Positions 13,516 through 25,109 of a stretch of DNA of 64,000 nt are shown here, one piece after another (position 1 is the first letter of the stretch; every line of letters starts with the position of its first letter). A program made the position numbers and the translations under genes. Source of the DNA: Macrostomum lignano. Lineage: Eukaryota. The notes under the pieces were generated by a model, which was given only the letters and a program-made list of their open reading frames with translations, ran no database searches and had not been told where the DNA came from. The DNA lies in assembly GCA_002269645.1 (NCBI GenBank), contig NIVC01001463.1, forward strand, positions 220,863 to 284,862, written 5' to 3'.

Positions 13516-13992
13516 ATGCAGCGGATTATCAGGCCGCTTCTCAACAGCTTTCAACTGTATACTAGTAGAGCGCACCAGCAACAGCAGTGCGGGATCCGCC
13601 TGCCCGCCCATATCGCTGCCACCCTTGACAACAGCGGCGAGAGCCCCAAGCGTCAGCTGGACCAATCAGACGCCATTGCCGTTAGCAACTGCGGCGGATT
13701 CGTCCTATGCTGGCATCCCAGTAAGCGACAACCCTACGATTCCACTCTGCCTATGCCGGCTGAGTCTAGCAGCGTTGCCGAGTCGGAGTCCTTATCTGCT
13801 GCACCATTGAAGCCCAGCCTAGTCCGGCTCGCTGACAATCGCGAACGATTCGGTCCCACGCTGGATGATTTAACGGCCGTGTTTCACAAGCCGATGCCAT
13901 TCTTTAGGCCGTTTCCACAGAAAACTAAACGCGCCAGGCCATACGAGTACGCCGACGACCAGTCTGAGAGAACTCCTCGACGGGGACTGTAG
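13516..13992 (+). CDS. MRPL42: Mitochondrial ribosomal protein mL42-like, single exon, 158 aa
   Basis: ATG at 13516 gives a basic presequence-like N-terminus (MQRIIRPLLNSF); FVLCWHPSKRQPYDSTLPMP matches the mL42 motif VCYHP...PYEHTKPIP; GPTLDDLTAVFH..FFRP aligns with the C-terminal motif; AATAAA at 14056. Confidence 0.75.
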   Translation: MQRIIRPLLNSFQLYTSRAHQQQQCGIRLPAHIAATLDNSGESPKRQLDQSDAIAVSNCGGFVLCWHPSKRQPYDSTLPMPAESSSVAESESLSAAPLKPSLVRLADNRERFGPTLDDLTAVFHKPMPFFRPFPQKTKRARPYEYADDQSERTPRRGL

Positions 13993-14317
13993 CTCTTATA
14001 GTTGCTTGACTCATAATTATTTGACTGATAAATTTGCTAGCTAACAAATTTGTACAATAAATAGTCTGTTATATCGTATTTAAGCTCTTACTCATTTATC
14101 CTTGAAATTAACGATTATACGTGGAAAGGGGTAGGTTAGCTCTCAGCAACTAAAGCTTCTGACTAGCTTTTAGAGATTTAAAAATGTTTTTTGATTTTTT
14201 GATAAATTAATCTGAGGGCTTGTCGTGCGAGTCTCAGCCCAATGTAGGCCAGTCACCAAGGCACTTATTGCTATTTATTGCTATCCCGGCTTTTTCTGAG
14301 AACTTGAAAAACAAATT

Positions 14318-17300
14318 ATGGCAGGACGTGGAGCTTGGAAATCTGCGAGCCCATCAAGTAGCAACGGGCTAATCCCGTCGCCTCCTGTGCCTCATCACCC
14401 AGCTTCCCAGCCAGTCGCGCTGGGTATAGAGACTAATGCCGCTATTAACACTGGTTTCAATGGCGGCCGTGCTGGCGCCACTGTGTCTAACGGAGCCGTT
14501 GCTAGCCCGCCAACTGGGCTTAATTCTACTACTGGATTTGGCGCTTCTATAGGCTTTGGCGGCAGCGGTGGCGGTGGCGGAGGCGGAGATAGTTCCGGAA
14601 GAAGACAAGGTTGCTTCAGGTGCAATGAAACCGGACACATAGCTAGAGATTGTCCCAACCAGCCTTCAGGAGGTGGCGGCAGAGGTGGAGGCGGAGGTGA
14701 CGGCGCCTGCTACAGGTGCAATGAAACCGGACACATAGCTAGAGATTGTCCCAACCAGCCTTCAGGAGGTGGCGGCAGAGGTGGAGGCGGAGGTGACGGC
14801 GCCTGCTATAGGTGCAATGAAACCGGACACATAGCTAGAGATTGTCCCAACCAGCCTTCAGGAGGTGGCGGCAGAGGTGGAGGCGGAGGTGACGGCGCCT
14901 GCTACAGGTGCAAAGAAACCGGACACATAGCTAGAGATTGTCCGAATGCATCAGCCGAAGTTTGCTACAAGTGCAACCAGCCCGGTCACATCGCGCGCGA
15001 CTGTCCGACTCGCGTTGGTGCCGATGACGCTGCTGCCGGCGATCCCATAGTGCGGGAGACCTATATACCTACCGAACTCACAGTGGAAGCCATCGCTCGG
15101 ATGTCGGTTAAGACTGGCGTTAATGCGCTTATCTTTGACCAGATTGAGGTTCGTAAATCAGCTTGGCTGGGGGGGGGGGGTTGTAAGCGGCATGAACAAT
15201 ATGCAAGGCGGTTTGATTGCTACTAGGAGCGGAACCTAGGTAGAATTACCCATCTCCTTGTCAAAAGACCAGATGTGCAACCGACAGCTCAGCCGCAGCT
15301 ATTGCGCGGCGCATCTGAAGGTACGGCTGTTCAGTCCAATGACTGGGGGTCGCCACACACCATCAATTACCCCAGCTAATGCTGGCACCCATTTTACAGT
15401 TGGGTGAACTGAAGAAATGCAGAGTTAATGTCTTGCTCAAGGACACAAATTGTTCCAGTGGGATCGGGAATCGAACCCCCGACATTCAAGTTGTGAGTCC
15501 GACGCTCTAACCATTACGTTACAATCCCCTACCATAAATTTAAAGGTTAAACATACCTGTAAAAGGTCATTCTTAGTTTTTACTTGGCTACTTAATAAAA
15601 AGTAGTATTAATTGTATTTAATATTCAATCTGCTGTCCGCATTTTACAGGTAGAACTGACCGGTAGCAATAAGCCGCCTCCAATTAAAACGCTGCAAGAG
15701 ATTGGCGTGCCTGACTCCGTGCTGAAGGTGGTCACCGATTCGTTTAAAATCAATAGGCTATTCCCTGTGCAGGCCTATGCTATACCCATTGTAGCGTCTG
15801 GCCGCGATCTGCTGGCCTGCGCTCAGACTGGCTCTGGCAAGACTCTGGCCTATCTACTGCCTATTATTAAAATGCTATTGGATACGCTCAGTACTGATAA
15901 TACTGTCTTTAATGGAGTCTGCTATCCAACTTCGCTGATTGTTGTGCCTACAAGGGAGCTGGCTACTCAGGTAAGAATTGTTGTTGTTGTCTTAGAAAGA
16001 TTTGGAGGCTCAAAATAATTGATACTGACTCTCTTAGCTACTGTTAAGTGTAAAGTTAGCTAGGCTTCTGATATAGACCACAGACCAAACCTGTCCTGAA
16101 ACTGTGTTTCATGTTGACAAAACAAGTTGCAACCTTTAGAAGGCGAAAACACGATTTGAAATTTTGCCAAAGAGACAGATATGAGGGTTGGCATCTATTC
16201 TAACTCATTTCATCATGGCATGCCAACGGCATAGTAAAACAGCGACCGCAGACCTTTGATGCATTTGGTGTCCACTCTCTTGGTCGCACGCCAATGTTCG
16301 AGCATCACCGTGCGAACTGGGTGCCGCGTGAGCGGACGGTGGAGCCAATATCTGGAACGCTGACTTAGACAAACTGATTGAGCGCTATCAGAAATGCATC
16401 TCGTTAAATGGTGAATTTGTGAAGCAACATAAGCGACAGTAACAACGATTTGGGTAGCTGTGACTCGAAAATCGTGTTTTGTAACCGACATCAAGTGGTT
16501 TAAGATTGATCATAACTTTTGACGCATGTATGCATAGTGGCGATCTAGAGTTTCATTTTGGGGGGGGGGGCGGTCCAAGTTTGGGGCGCCAGCACGAGTA
16601 TAAGGGCGCCAGCCAAACCAAAGCTAGGGGGCTCAAAAAATGCGTGTAGGGAAGCGAAAAATCAAGCTTAGGGCCGCAAAAAATGCGTGTAGGGGAGCGA
16701 AAAATCAAGCTAAGGGGCGCAAACTTAGTTTTTTTTGGGGGGGGGGCGCAATATGTTCTGTCAAGCTATTTTGGCCTTCCGCCCCTAAATCCGCCCCTGC
16801 AGAAGAAGACAAAGCCTGACAAGACGAAGGAAAAGAGAAGCCTGGAAACTTATTAAGTTGGTATTTGAAATATTGTGCTCTTGAAAACGGATGACTTGAT
16901 ACCAGGATTAGCTAATGCTGCAGATAATAAGTACAGCAATTTTCTGTATAAAATTTGTGCTCTTATAATCTGACAAATACTGTATATACCCATCTTGCCA
17001 ATCGCCAATTCTCAGGTGTACGACCAGTGCACCGTCTATTTCAAGCCGGTCGGCCTAAAAGTACAGCGCATTCACGGCAGCATCCAGCACGCCCACCTAG
17101 TGAAATGCCTGCAGTCCGGCGCACACACCCTGGTTGCTACAGTTGGCCGACTGAAAGATTTCATTAATCGCAATTTAGTTAGCCTAGCTAGAACTAAGCT
17201 TATTGTACTGGATGAAGCCGACCGGATGCTGGAACAGGGATTCCAAGAGGACGTTGTGGCCTTTATGCAATCGGCCGACCAGCGGCGCCAGGTGATCATG

Positions 17301-19960
17301 TTCTCCGCTACTTACCCGCACTCTGTGCAGACTCTAGCCGGCAGCTACCTGGCCCAGGACTACTTGTTTTTAAGCATCGGCCGGGTTGGCAAGCCCAGTC
17401 CCGACGTGACCCAGGAGGTGCGCGAAGTGTCTCAGGGCGACAAGGTCGCCACTTTGTTAGCTTTGCTAGCAGAATTTCGCGACCTAGAGCCTAACGGATT
17501 TGGCGAGCGAAAAGTTTTGGTGTTTGTCGAACGAAAGGAGACGGCCAACCTGATTGGCATGCTGCTGTGCGACAAGGGCTTTGAGGTGAGCCATTGAGCG
17601 GAGGGACACCTGTCACTCGCATGTCTGCTGTGTCTCTGCTTGTCTGTCACTCGCATGTCTGCTGTGTCTCTGCTTGTCTGTCACTCGCGTATCTACTGCG
17701 TCACTGCTTGTCTGTCACTCGCGTATCTACTGCGTCACTGCTTGTCTGTCACTCGCGTATCTACTGTGTGTCTGCTTGTCTGTCACTCACATGTCCGCTG
17801 TGTCACTGCTTGTCTGTCACTCGCATGTCTACTGTGTCATTGCTTGTCTGTCACTCGCGTATCTACTGCGTCACTGCTTGTCTGTCACTCGCGTATCTAC
17901 TGTGTCTCTGCTTGTCTGTCACTCGCATGTCTACTGTGTCATTGCTTGTCTGTCACTCGCGTATCTACTGCGTCACTGCTTGTCTGTCACTCGCGTATCT
18001 ACTGCGTCACTGCTTGTCTGTCACTCGCGTATCTACTGCGTCACTGCTTGTCTGTCACTCGCGTATCTACTGCGTCACTGCTTGTCTGTCACTCGCGTAT
18101 CTACTGCGTCACTTCTTGTCTGTCACTCGCGTATCTACTGTGTCTCTGCTTGTCTGTCACTCGCGTATCTACTGTGTGTCTGCTTGTCTGTCACTCACAT
18201 GTCCGCTGTGTCACTGCTTGTCTGTCACTCGAATGTCTACTGTGTGTCTGCTTGTTTACTGTAGTCTCAGATATACTAGAATAAGTTATTCTAGTATCTG
18301 TGGTTGTAGGTAAGGAAAGGGCCTGAGTCACAGCTTCAAATCATGACGAAAATTGATCCGCAGCCAGTGAAGAAGGCAAATCAGTCATATTTTTATGCCT
18401 ATTTTTCTGACCATTGAGCACGCCATCAAGTCAGGGCTGCTGTGCACCCTGAGTCAGCGCGCGCGTGCTCAGGGGTCATCAGAATGGGTAATGACTGCTT
18501 GCGGCTGCAGTTTTCGACCAATTGTGAAGCTTCGATCCAGTATTGGAATTTAGGCGTTTATTAATATGATGATATCAGCCTCTATTTGGTTAATCTATGA
18601 GTGCACCTGTACTGATCGATTGCTTCGTATTCAACTAGGCCACCAATAATCACGGCGACCGGCCGCCAGCCGAGCGTCAGCGGGCCTTCTCCGAGTTCCG
18701 CAGCGGCACCACACCGGTGATGGTGACTACTAATATGATGTCCCGCGGCATCGACATCTCAGGCATATCGCTGGTGATTAATTACGACTTGCCGCAGGAT
18801 GACTCCAGCTATGTGCACAGGATTGGCCGGACTGGGCGCTGCGGCAATCTGGGCAGGTGAGGCTATCGTGAGCTTTGTTGCGCTAATCCACCAGCATAGC
18901 ATCTGTTGCGCTAATCCACCAGCATAGCATCTGTTGCGCTAATCCACCAGCATCTGCTGTGCTAATCCACCAGCATCTGCTGTGCTAATCCACCAGCATC
19001 TGTTGCGCTAATCCACCAGCATCTGCTGTGCTAATCCACCAGCATCTGTTGCGCTAATCCACCAGCATAGCATCTGTTGCGCTAATCCACCAGCATAGCA
19101 TCTGTTGCGCTAATCCACCAGCATAGCATCTGTTGCGCTAATCCACCAGCATAGCATCTGCTGTGCTAATCCACCAGCATCTGCTGTGCTAATCCACCAG
19201 CATCTGTTGCGCTAATCCACCAGCATCTGCTGTGCTAATCCACCAGCATCTGTTGCGCTAATCCACCAGCATAGCATCTGTTGCGCTAATCCACCAGCAT
19301 AGCATCTGTTGCGCTAATCCACCAGCATAGCATCTGTTGCGCTAATCCACCAGCATAGCATCTGCTGTGCTAATCCACCAGCATCTGCTGTGCTAATCCA
19401 CCAGCATCTGCTGTGCTAATCCACCAGCATCTGCTGTGCTAATCCACCAGCATCTGCTGTGCTAATCCACCAGCATCTGCTGCGCTAATCCACCAGCATA
19501 GCATCTGCTGTGCTAATCCACCAGCATCTGCTGCGCTAATCCACCAGCATTCTTAAGCTCGATCTCACAGCCTTCCTAAGAGTAGTTCCAAGGCATTATT
19601 GAGTCAACTCCGCAACTATGTGTAACAAAATCCTCAACGACACTATGTTAATCTCCATCCCCCAGATCCATCAGCTTCTTCGATCCCAACGCAGACGGGC
19701 CGTTAGCTCACCAGCTGGTCGGCAATCTCCGCAGTGCCCAACAGCCGGTGCCCGAATGGCTTGAGACAATCGCCGAACGCGAAGGCTGCTCGGGCAACGG
19801 CTACGGCGGCCGCGGCCGCGGACGCGGCGAGTATCGCGACATTCGACGCGGCATCGGTCGCACCGTCGAAATCATCGACGACAGTTTCGGCCTGGGCGAC
19901 GGCGGCGGAGCTTTCCAGCCAAGGCCGGCCGATGTGCCGAACGAGGACGACTGGTCGTGA
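14318..19960 (+). CDS. vasa: Vasa/DDX4-like DEAD-box RNA helicase, 5 exons, 744 aa
   Basis: Exons 14318-15148, 15650-15970, 17016-17585, 18639-18856, 19666-19960; all GT-AG, phases compatible, total 2235 nt. Gly/RGG-rich N-terminus with 5 CCHC knuckles; [31 protein letters not shown] motifs; acidic Trp C-terminus EDDWS. Confidence 0.9.
15277..15530 (-). mobile_element. tRNA-derived SINE (family B, CORE-like) in vasa intron 1
   Basis: Minus-strand tRNA head (TGGTTAGAGCG..GGTTCGATTCC) then GTGTCCTTGAGCAAGAC and CAACTGTAAAATGGGTGCCAGC; homologous to 53638-53903 and 62712-62850. Confidence 0.8.
16180..16530 (+). mobile_element. Internally deleted mariner transposon remnant in vasa intron 2
   Basis: Encodes WVPRE (mariner WVPHEL motif) joined closely to [20 protein letters not shown] (mariner C-terminal KL..RW.KC...G.Y motif); ends only approximately defined. 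Confidence 0.6.
16535..16799. mobile_element. Degenerate MITE
   Basis: Left end TAGTGGCGATCTAG vs reverse complement of right end CAGGGGCGGATTTAG; internal short direct repeat. Confidence 0.4.
17608..18258. repeat. 34-bp minisatellite in vasa intron 3
   Basis: Unit CTGCTTGTCTGTCACTCGCGTATCTACTGCGTCA. Confidence 0.95.
18872..19550. repeat. 23/28-bp minisatellite in vasa intron 4
   Basis: Units TGTTGCGCTAATCCACCAGCATC with or without an extra TAGCA. Confidence 0.95.
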
Positions 19961-20379
19961 GCCAGACTGGGGCGCCTCTTGATCGTTAAGAGGACAGTGC
20001 AGTCCTGTTGATTCGGCTCATTAATCACTGGACTCATTTTCATAAAATTTGCCAATTTTTTTAGAAGTCGGAAAACAAACTTTGAACTGCTAGTAATAGC
20101 CATCCGTGTTCGGTTTCTCTTGTCGTTTCTTGTTTATTTTCGTGTATTTGCTTCATGGGTGCTGGTGTGTTAATTATATTTAGTCATATTTTTATAGTTT
20201 ATAGTAATTATTAATAATAGGACATCAAATTTTGTTCTTCAACGCTTTTTTTCAAAACTTTATGCGTCATGTCTGGATTTTTAAATGTTGTTTTACGAAA
20301 ATAGTTCATCTATTTCTCATTTGTAGCTAACATACTTTAGTTGTCTGGTATATGCCAGCGCGGTTAAACTTCCCAATTT

Positions 20380-21262
20380 CCGTATAAAAGTGTGACAGTC
20401 ACATTTTGAATTTGTGATCTGTTTTGTGACCATCAAAAAATGGTATCAAATTTGACCCTCCATTGTGACCCTCTGATGTGACCGTCAAATGAACGGTCTC
20501 TCATGTGACCCTCCAATGTGACCGTCAAATAAACGGTCTCTCTTGTGACCCTCCAATGTGACCGTCAAATAAACGGTCTCTCTTGTGACCCTCCAATGTG
20601 ACCGTCCTATAAACGATCTCTCGTGAGACCCTCCAATGTGACCGTCAAATAAACGGTCTCTCATGTGACCCTCCAATGTGACCGTCAAATAAACGGTCTC
20701 TCATGTGACCCTCCAATGTGACCGTCAAATAAACGGTCTCTCATGTGACCCTCCAATGTGACCGTCAAATAAACGGTCTCTCATGTGACCCTCCAATGTG
20801 ACCGTCCTATAAACGATCTCTCGTGAGACCCTCCAATGTGACCGTCAAATAAACGATCTCTCGTGAGACCCTCCAATGTGACCGTCAAATAAACGGTCTC
20901 TCATGTGACCCTCCAATGTGACCGTCAAATAAACGGTCTCTCTTGTGACCCTCCAATGTGACCGTCAAATAAACGGTCTCTCATGTGACCCTCCAATGTG
21001 ACCGTCAAATAAACGGTCTCTCATGTGACCCTCCAATGTGACCGTCAAATAAACGGTCTCTCATGTGACCCTCCAATGTGACCGTCAAATAAACGGTCTC
21101 TCATGTGACCCTCCAATGTGACCGTCAAAGAAACGGCCGCTCATGTGACCGATCAATGTGACCCAAAAATGTGACAAGCAGTGTTACATTTTGATGTGAC
21201 AAGCAGTGACACATTTTTTACTGTCACTAAAAAATTGTGACCGTCCCACTTTTATGCGGGCT
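20380..21262. mobile_element. TIR element carrying an internal 40-bp minisatellite
   Basis: CCGTATAAAAGTGTGACAGTCACA at left vs reverse complement CCCGCATAAAAGTGGGACGGTCACA at right; interior is about 17 copies of GTGACCCTCCAATGTGACCGTCAAATAAACGGTCTCTCAT. Confidence 0.6.
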
Positions 21263-22134
21263 TGCCAAGCTTGAGAGCTTTGAAAAATCCAAATTCTGTG
21301 TTGTCAGCTTTTCCAACTTATTCGAATTTTCATCTAATAAACACGATTCTCTGAGTAAAGGTACTATTAGTAGAATATTTAGCCACAAAGACTGGTCTCA
21401 TTTATATCAGTTTTGCACCTCATTGGCTGGCTGGAAGTGCCTATAAAAAGCTAAGATTCCGTACGTAAAACACATTGTGTACCAGACTACTTATGAAAGC
21501 TTAAGCTGAAGTTTGCATTTTCTGTGCAGCATTTTTTCACCCTCGCATGCGCGCTGTTTCTTATCTCAACAATATATATTATATGACATTTTGCTATCCG
21601 GTTCTGCAGATGGCAAAGGCCTGATTGAACATCTCTGAAGTAATACATTTCTTTATTTGGAATTGTTGTCTTAATCCTTTATTACTTTGTATGTACTTTC
21701 ACCACTTGTACTCGTAGTTTATTGATCTATATCCAGTCGTTAGGGCCCACCAAGTCAGGTATATTCAAGCAGTTCCAATCTTTGAGTGTATCGCTATTGA
21801 GTCTAATGTATCACTACTGAATCTAATGTATCAATATTTAGTCTAATGTATCACTACCGAGTCTAATGTATCACTACTGAGCCTAATGTATCAATATTGA
21901 GTCTAATGTATCACTACCGAGACTAATGTATCACTACTGAGTCTTATGTATTGCATCGGTTTGCGCGAGCCCGCGAGGGCTAACCGCTGTTAGTGCAAGG
22001 GGGGCTGTTTGGGTGCTGGCTGTATGGTGGGGTGGTGGGTGCGTTGTGCGTGCGCGTGCCTATTTAGGCCGCCACCTTTGTGGCTGCGCGGGGTTGCTAG
22101 CGGTTGAATTTTTTAATTTTTTTTTTGCTGAATC

Positions 22135-23226
22135 ATGGCAGATAGCCTTGTACTGCCCGCAACTAACAAAGCGCTACGAGAAGCCCTTAGTGAGCGCGGC
22201 CTGCCTACTAATGGCAATAAGCAAGAGCTAACAAGTCGTCTAAAACTCAGCATTGCCAAGGAGCTTGAGCGGCAGGCGTTGGAGCAGGACAGAGGCTCAT
22301 CTCGTCGTGCTCAAGATGACAAGACATCACCGACGAATGCGGGCGCACCCGAGCTAAGTCTGGCTCCACCTGAGGACGAGATGCTACCGGCGGTGGGCGC
22401 CTTGGCCGAGGGTCGGGCGGCGACGGGAGGCGGTCTCGAGGATCAGCTGCGAGAGACTGAACTGCGCATTCGGCTGCTGGACCTGAAAAAAAGAGAGGCT
22501 CAGCTCGAAGCCGAGCTCGCTGAAGCGCGTCACAGTGGCACGGCGGCTGCGAGAGAACGTGATCAGACTCCCGGTGAGTGGCATGATTTGGTTGGCGAGT
22601 GTATACTCGGGCAGGCTGGGGCTGCAATTTCGCATGCTCAGGCGCCGGCGGTGTACAGAGTCGTTGATTTTATCAGTGAGCGTAAGCGGAGACAAGGAAG
22701 CCAGTCTGTTGTGGGAGCGGCAAAGCCAGAGAGGTTGAAACACGTCAGTCCCGAGTCACTGTCGTTTGGCGATTTCATCTCCGGTAGCTGTAACTTACTG
22801 GTGCAAATGCTGCGTGATGGCAAACTGCTGCACATTGTTGATGGCAGAATCGATTCATCCGAGTTGATCGATCATCTCCGACATAACGCTAGAATTGGTG
22901 ACCTGCTAGATTTAGGCTTCGATCGCATTAAAGTCATGAGATATGATGACGAATGTCGGCTTCTCCAGCATGATGGAACGCGGTGGAGCGCTGTTAGCGC
23001 AGACCTGGGTCTGGTGGCAACACACTTGATGGCACCGACAAAAATGATAAATGCAACAGCGCCTAGAAAGCGAACGCAGCCACCTGTCTGTTTCGACTTC
23101 AACAGTCTTAGCGGCTGCAACAGAACTCACTGCCGCTTCGCCCATCAGTGCCGCAGGTGCTCACAGCCGCACTCTGAAGCCCGAGCCCACGCTGATGGGG
23201 ACCCGGGCCAACTTTCAAAAAACTAG
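22135..23226 (+). CDS. Ngaro-1 Gag-like protein (SAP domain, coiled coil, C-terminal CCCH/zinc-finger cluster)
   Basis: NKALREALSERGLPTNGNKQELTSRL is SAP-like; CFDFNSLSGCNRTHCRFAHQCRRCSQPH; colinear with the Gag of element 2. Confidence 0.8.
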   Translation: MADSLVLPATNKALREALSERGLPTNGNKQELTSRLKLSIAKELERQALEQDRGSSRRAQDDKTSPTNAGAPELSLAPPEDEMLPAVGALAEGRAATGGGLEDQLRETELRIRLLDLKKREAQLEAELAEARHSGTAAARERDQTPGEWHDLVGECILGQAGAAISHAQAPAVYRVVDFISERKRRQGSQSVVGAAKPERLKHVSPESLSFGDFISGSCNLLVQMLRDGKLLHIVDGRIDSSELIDHLRHNARIGDLLDLGFDRIKVMRYDDECRLLQHDGTRWSAVSADLGLVATHLMAPTKMINATAPRKRTQPPVCFDFNSLSGCNRTHCRFAHQCRRCSQPHSEARAHADGDPGQLSKN

Positions 23227-23277
23227 CGTGCGAGGTGGGGGCACAGGACTCAATGTCTGCCGCCGGGTCACCCTCCT

Positions 23278-25109
23278 GTGCCCCCACGGGGGAGCTCTGA
23301 CCCGAGTTCAACTGAGTTGTCGAGCGACCTTGTGTTTGCGGTTTGGCGGGAAGAGCTGGCTGGGACCGAGATGCCGGAGGACCGTGTCAGGTTTGTGCTC
23401 GATGGTGTGAAGAATGGCTTTCGAATTACTAATAAAGTTATGGATTGTAAGAACCACACTGAGATGGCAAATCACAGATCAGCTACCATTCACCAGCAAG
23501 CTGTTGAGGCCCAGGTGCGCCAGGAGCTCAAGCAGGACCGCTACAGGCGCTGCCAGACAGGCAACCGGCCGCTCATCGTTAGTGCACTTGGTGCGATCCC
23601 TAAGGCGGATTCGTCTTCCATCCGCCTTATTCACGACTGCAGCCTGCCAACTGGCGCCTCTGTGAATGATTTCTTTGAGTCGAAACGGAAGTTGCGTTTT
23701 ACTTCGGCCAGCAACTTTGCCTCGAAGCTGTACAGCGGCGCGTACATGTGCAAAGTGGATCTGTCGCAAGCATATCGTTCATGTGGTGTGCACCCTGATG
23801 ACCACCGGGTCACAGGCATGAAGATTCAGCTCCAAGGCGAGGGCCAGCCAGTGTACCTGTACGACACGTTTGGTGCTTCGGCTTCCGTATTCTGCTTTTA
23901 CGAGCTGAGCCAAGCTGTGCGTTTTATGATGTTGAAGCATGGTTTCTACGCTATGGAGGCCTACATGGATGACTTCGCCTTTTGTGGAGATCTGGAGTCC
24001 TGCTGGAAGTTCTACAACCTTCTCATCGATCTGCTCGAGCGGCTAGGCTTCACCGTAGCAAGTGTGTTCCGCCGACAACGCGGATGACCTTTCTGGGCAT
24101 TTTATTTGATAGCGTGGCAGGCCAGATGTCTCTTCCTGCCGAAAAAGTCCAAGACTTGTTGCATGTTTTATCCCTCTGCTCTTCGAAGAAAAGGCTGTCA
24201 AAGTCGTGTTTGCAGAAGTTGATCGGCAAGTTAAACTGGGCGTCGCAAGTTGTTCGGCACGGGAGAGTTTTCCTCCGACCTCTTATCGACATTGTTAACA
24301 AGCTGCATCGGCCTCATGACAGGGTTCTTGTTAGTCCCTCCGTGGTGCACCAACTCTCCTGGTGGCGGTTGGCTTTGCAACATCGCATCGGTGTTGACCT
24401 GTGGACTTCGCCGAGGGCTTGTGTTGCCATAGAGACTGACTCGTCGTCTTCAGGCGCCGCGGCGGTGCTCCGTGATGGTGATGGGATTCGTGATTGGTGC
24501 TTTATTGACTGGCAGATCGACGCAAATGGTGTTTTTCAGAATTACTGCATCAATTACAAGGAGGCTGTGGTTATATTGCTGGCTGTTTTGAGATGGGGCC
24601 AATCCTTGGCTGGTTGTCGGCTTGCTGTGTACTGCGACAATGAGACGGCGTGTTGGATTCTAAGGCGAGGTGTCTCCAAGGACTCGCGTCTGATGTGGTT
24701 GCTGCAGTCTGTGGCGTTGCTCTGTCTGCGTTTTGACGTTGAATTTGAGGTCTTTCACGTTCCTGGTGCCTATCAGCTGTTTGCTGATGCAGGGTCCCGC
24801 CTGCACTCGCGTCATGAGTTGCTTAACTTTATTTTCCGTGTTTACGGGTCTGTGCCAGTTTGTCCTGTGGAGTTTTCGAATCACGCGTTTTCTGTTTTTG
24901 CCTCCCGTTTTTTATTTTCACAGGCCGCCTCCCTGCAACGCCGACCCTCGGCGCCGCCGCCTCCAGCCTCCTCGCCGCAGCATACGCACCGCAGTCACGC
25001 AGGGCGATCTCATCGGCCGTCCGGTCCTGGCACAGCTTCTGCAACGAGAACGGGACCAACCCGGCTCGATCCGACCGGTCGGTGCTACTCAACTACCTGG
25101 CTCACCTAG
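23278..25109 (+). pseudogene. Ngaro-1 RT-RNase H, frameshifted
   Basis: KVDLSQAYR, FGAS, YMDDF, then a frame switch near 24057 (GFTV / SKCVPPTTRMTFLG); RNase H IETDSS, INYKEA, YCDNET, HVPG; RLP missing before FG relative to element 2. Confidence 0.85.

Noticed and set aside
17594-18313. Three overlapping Cys-rich ORFs
   Set aside because: 34-bp array inside vasa intron 3.
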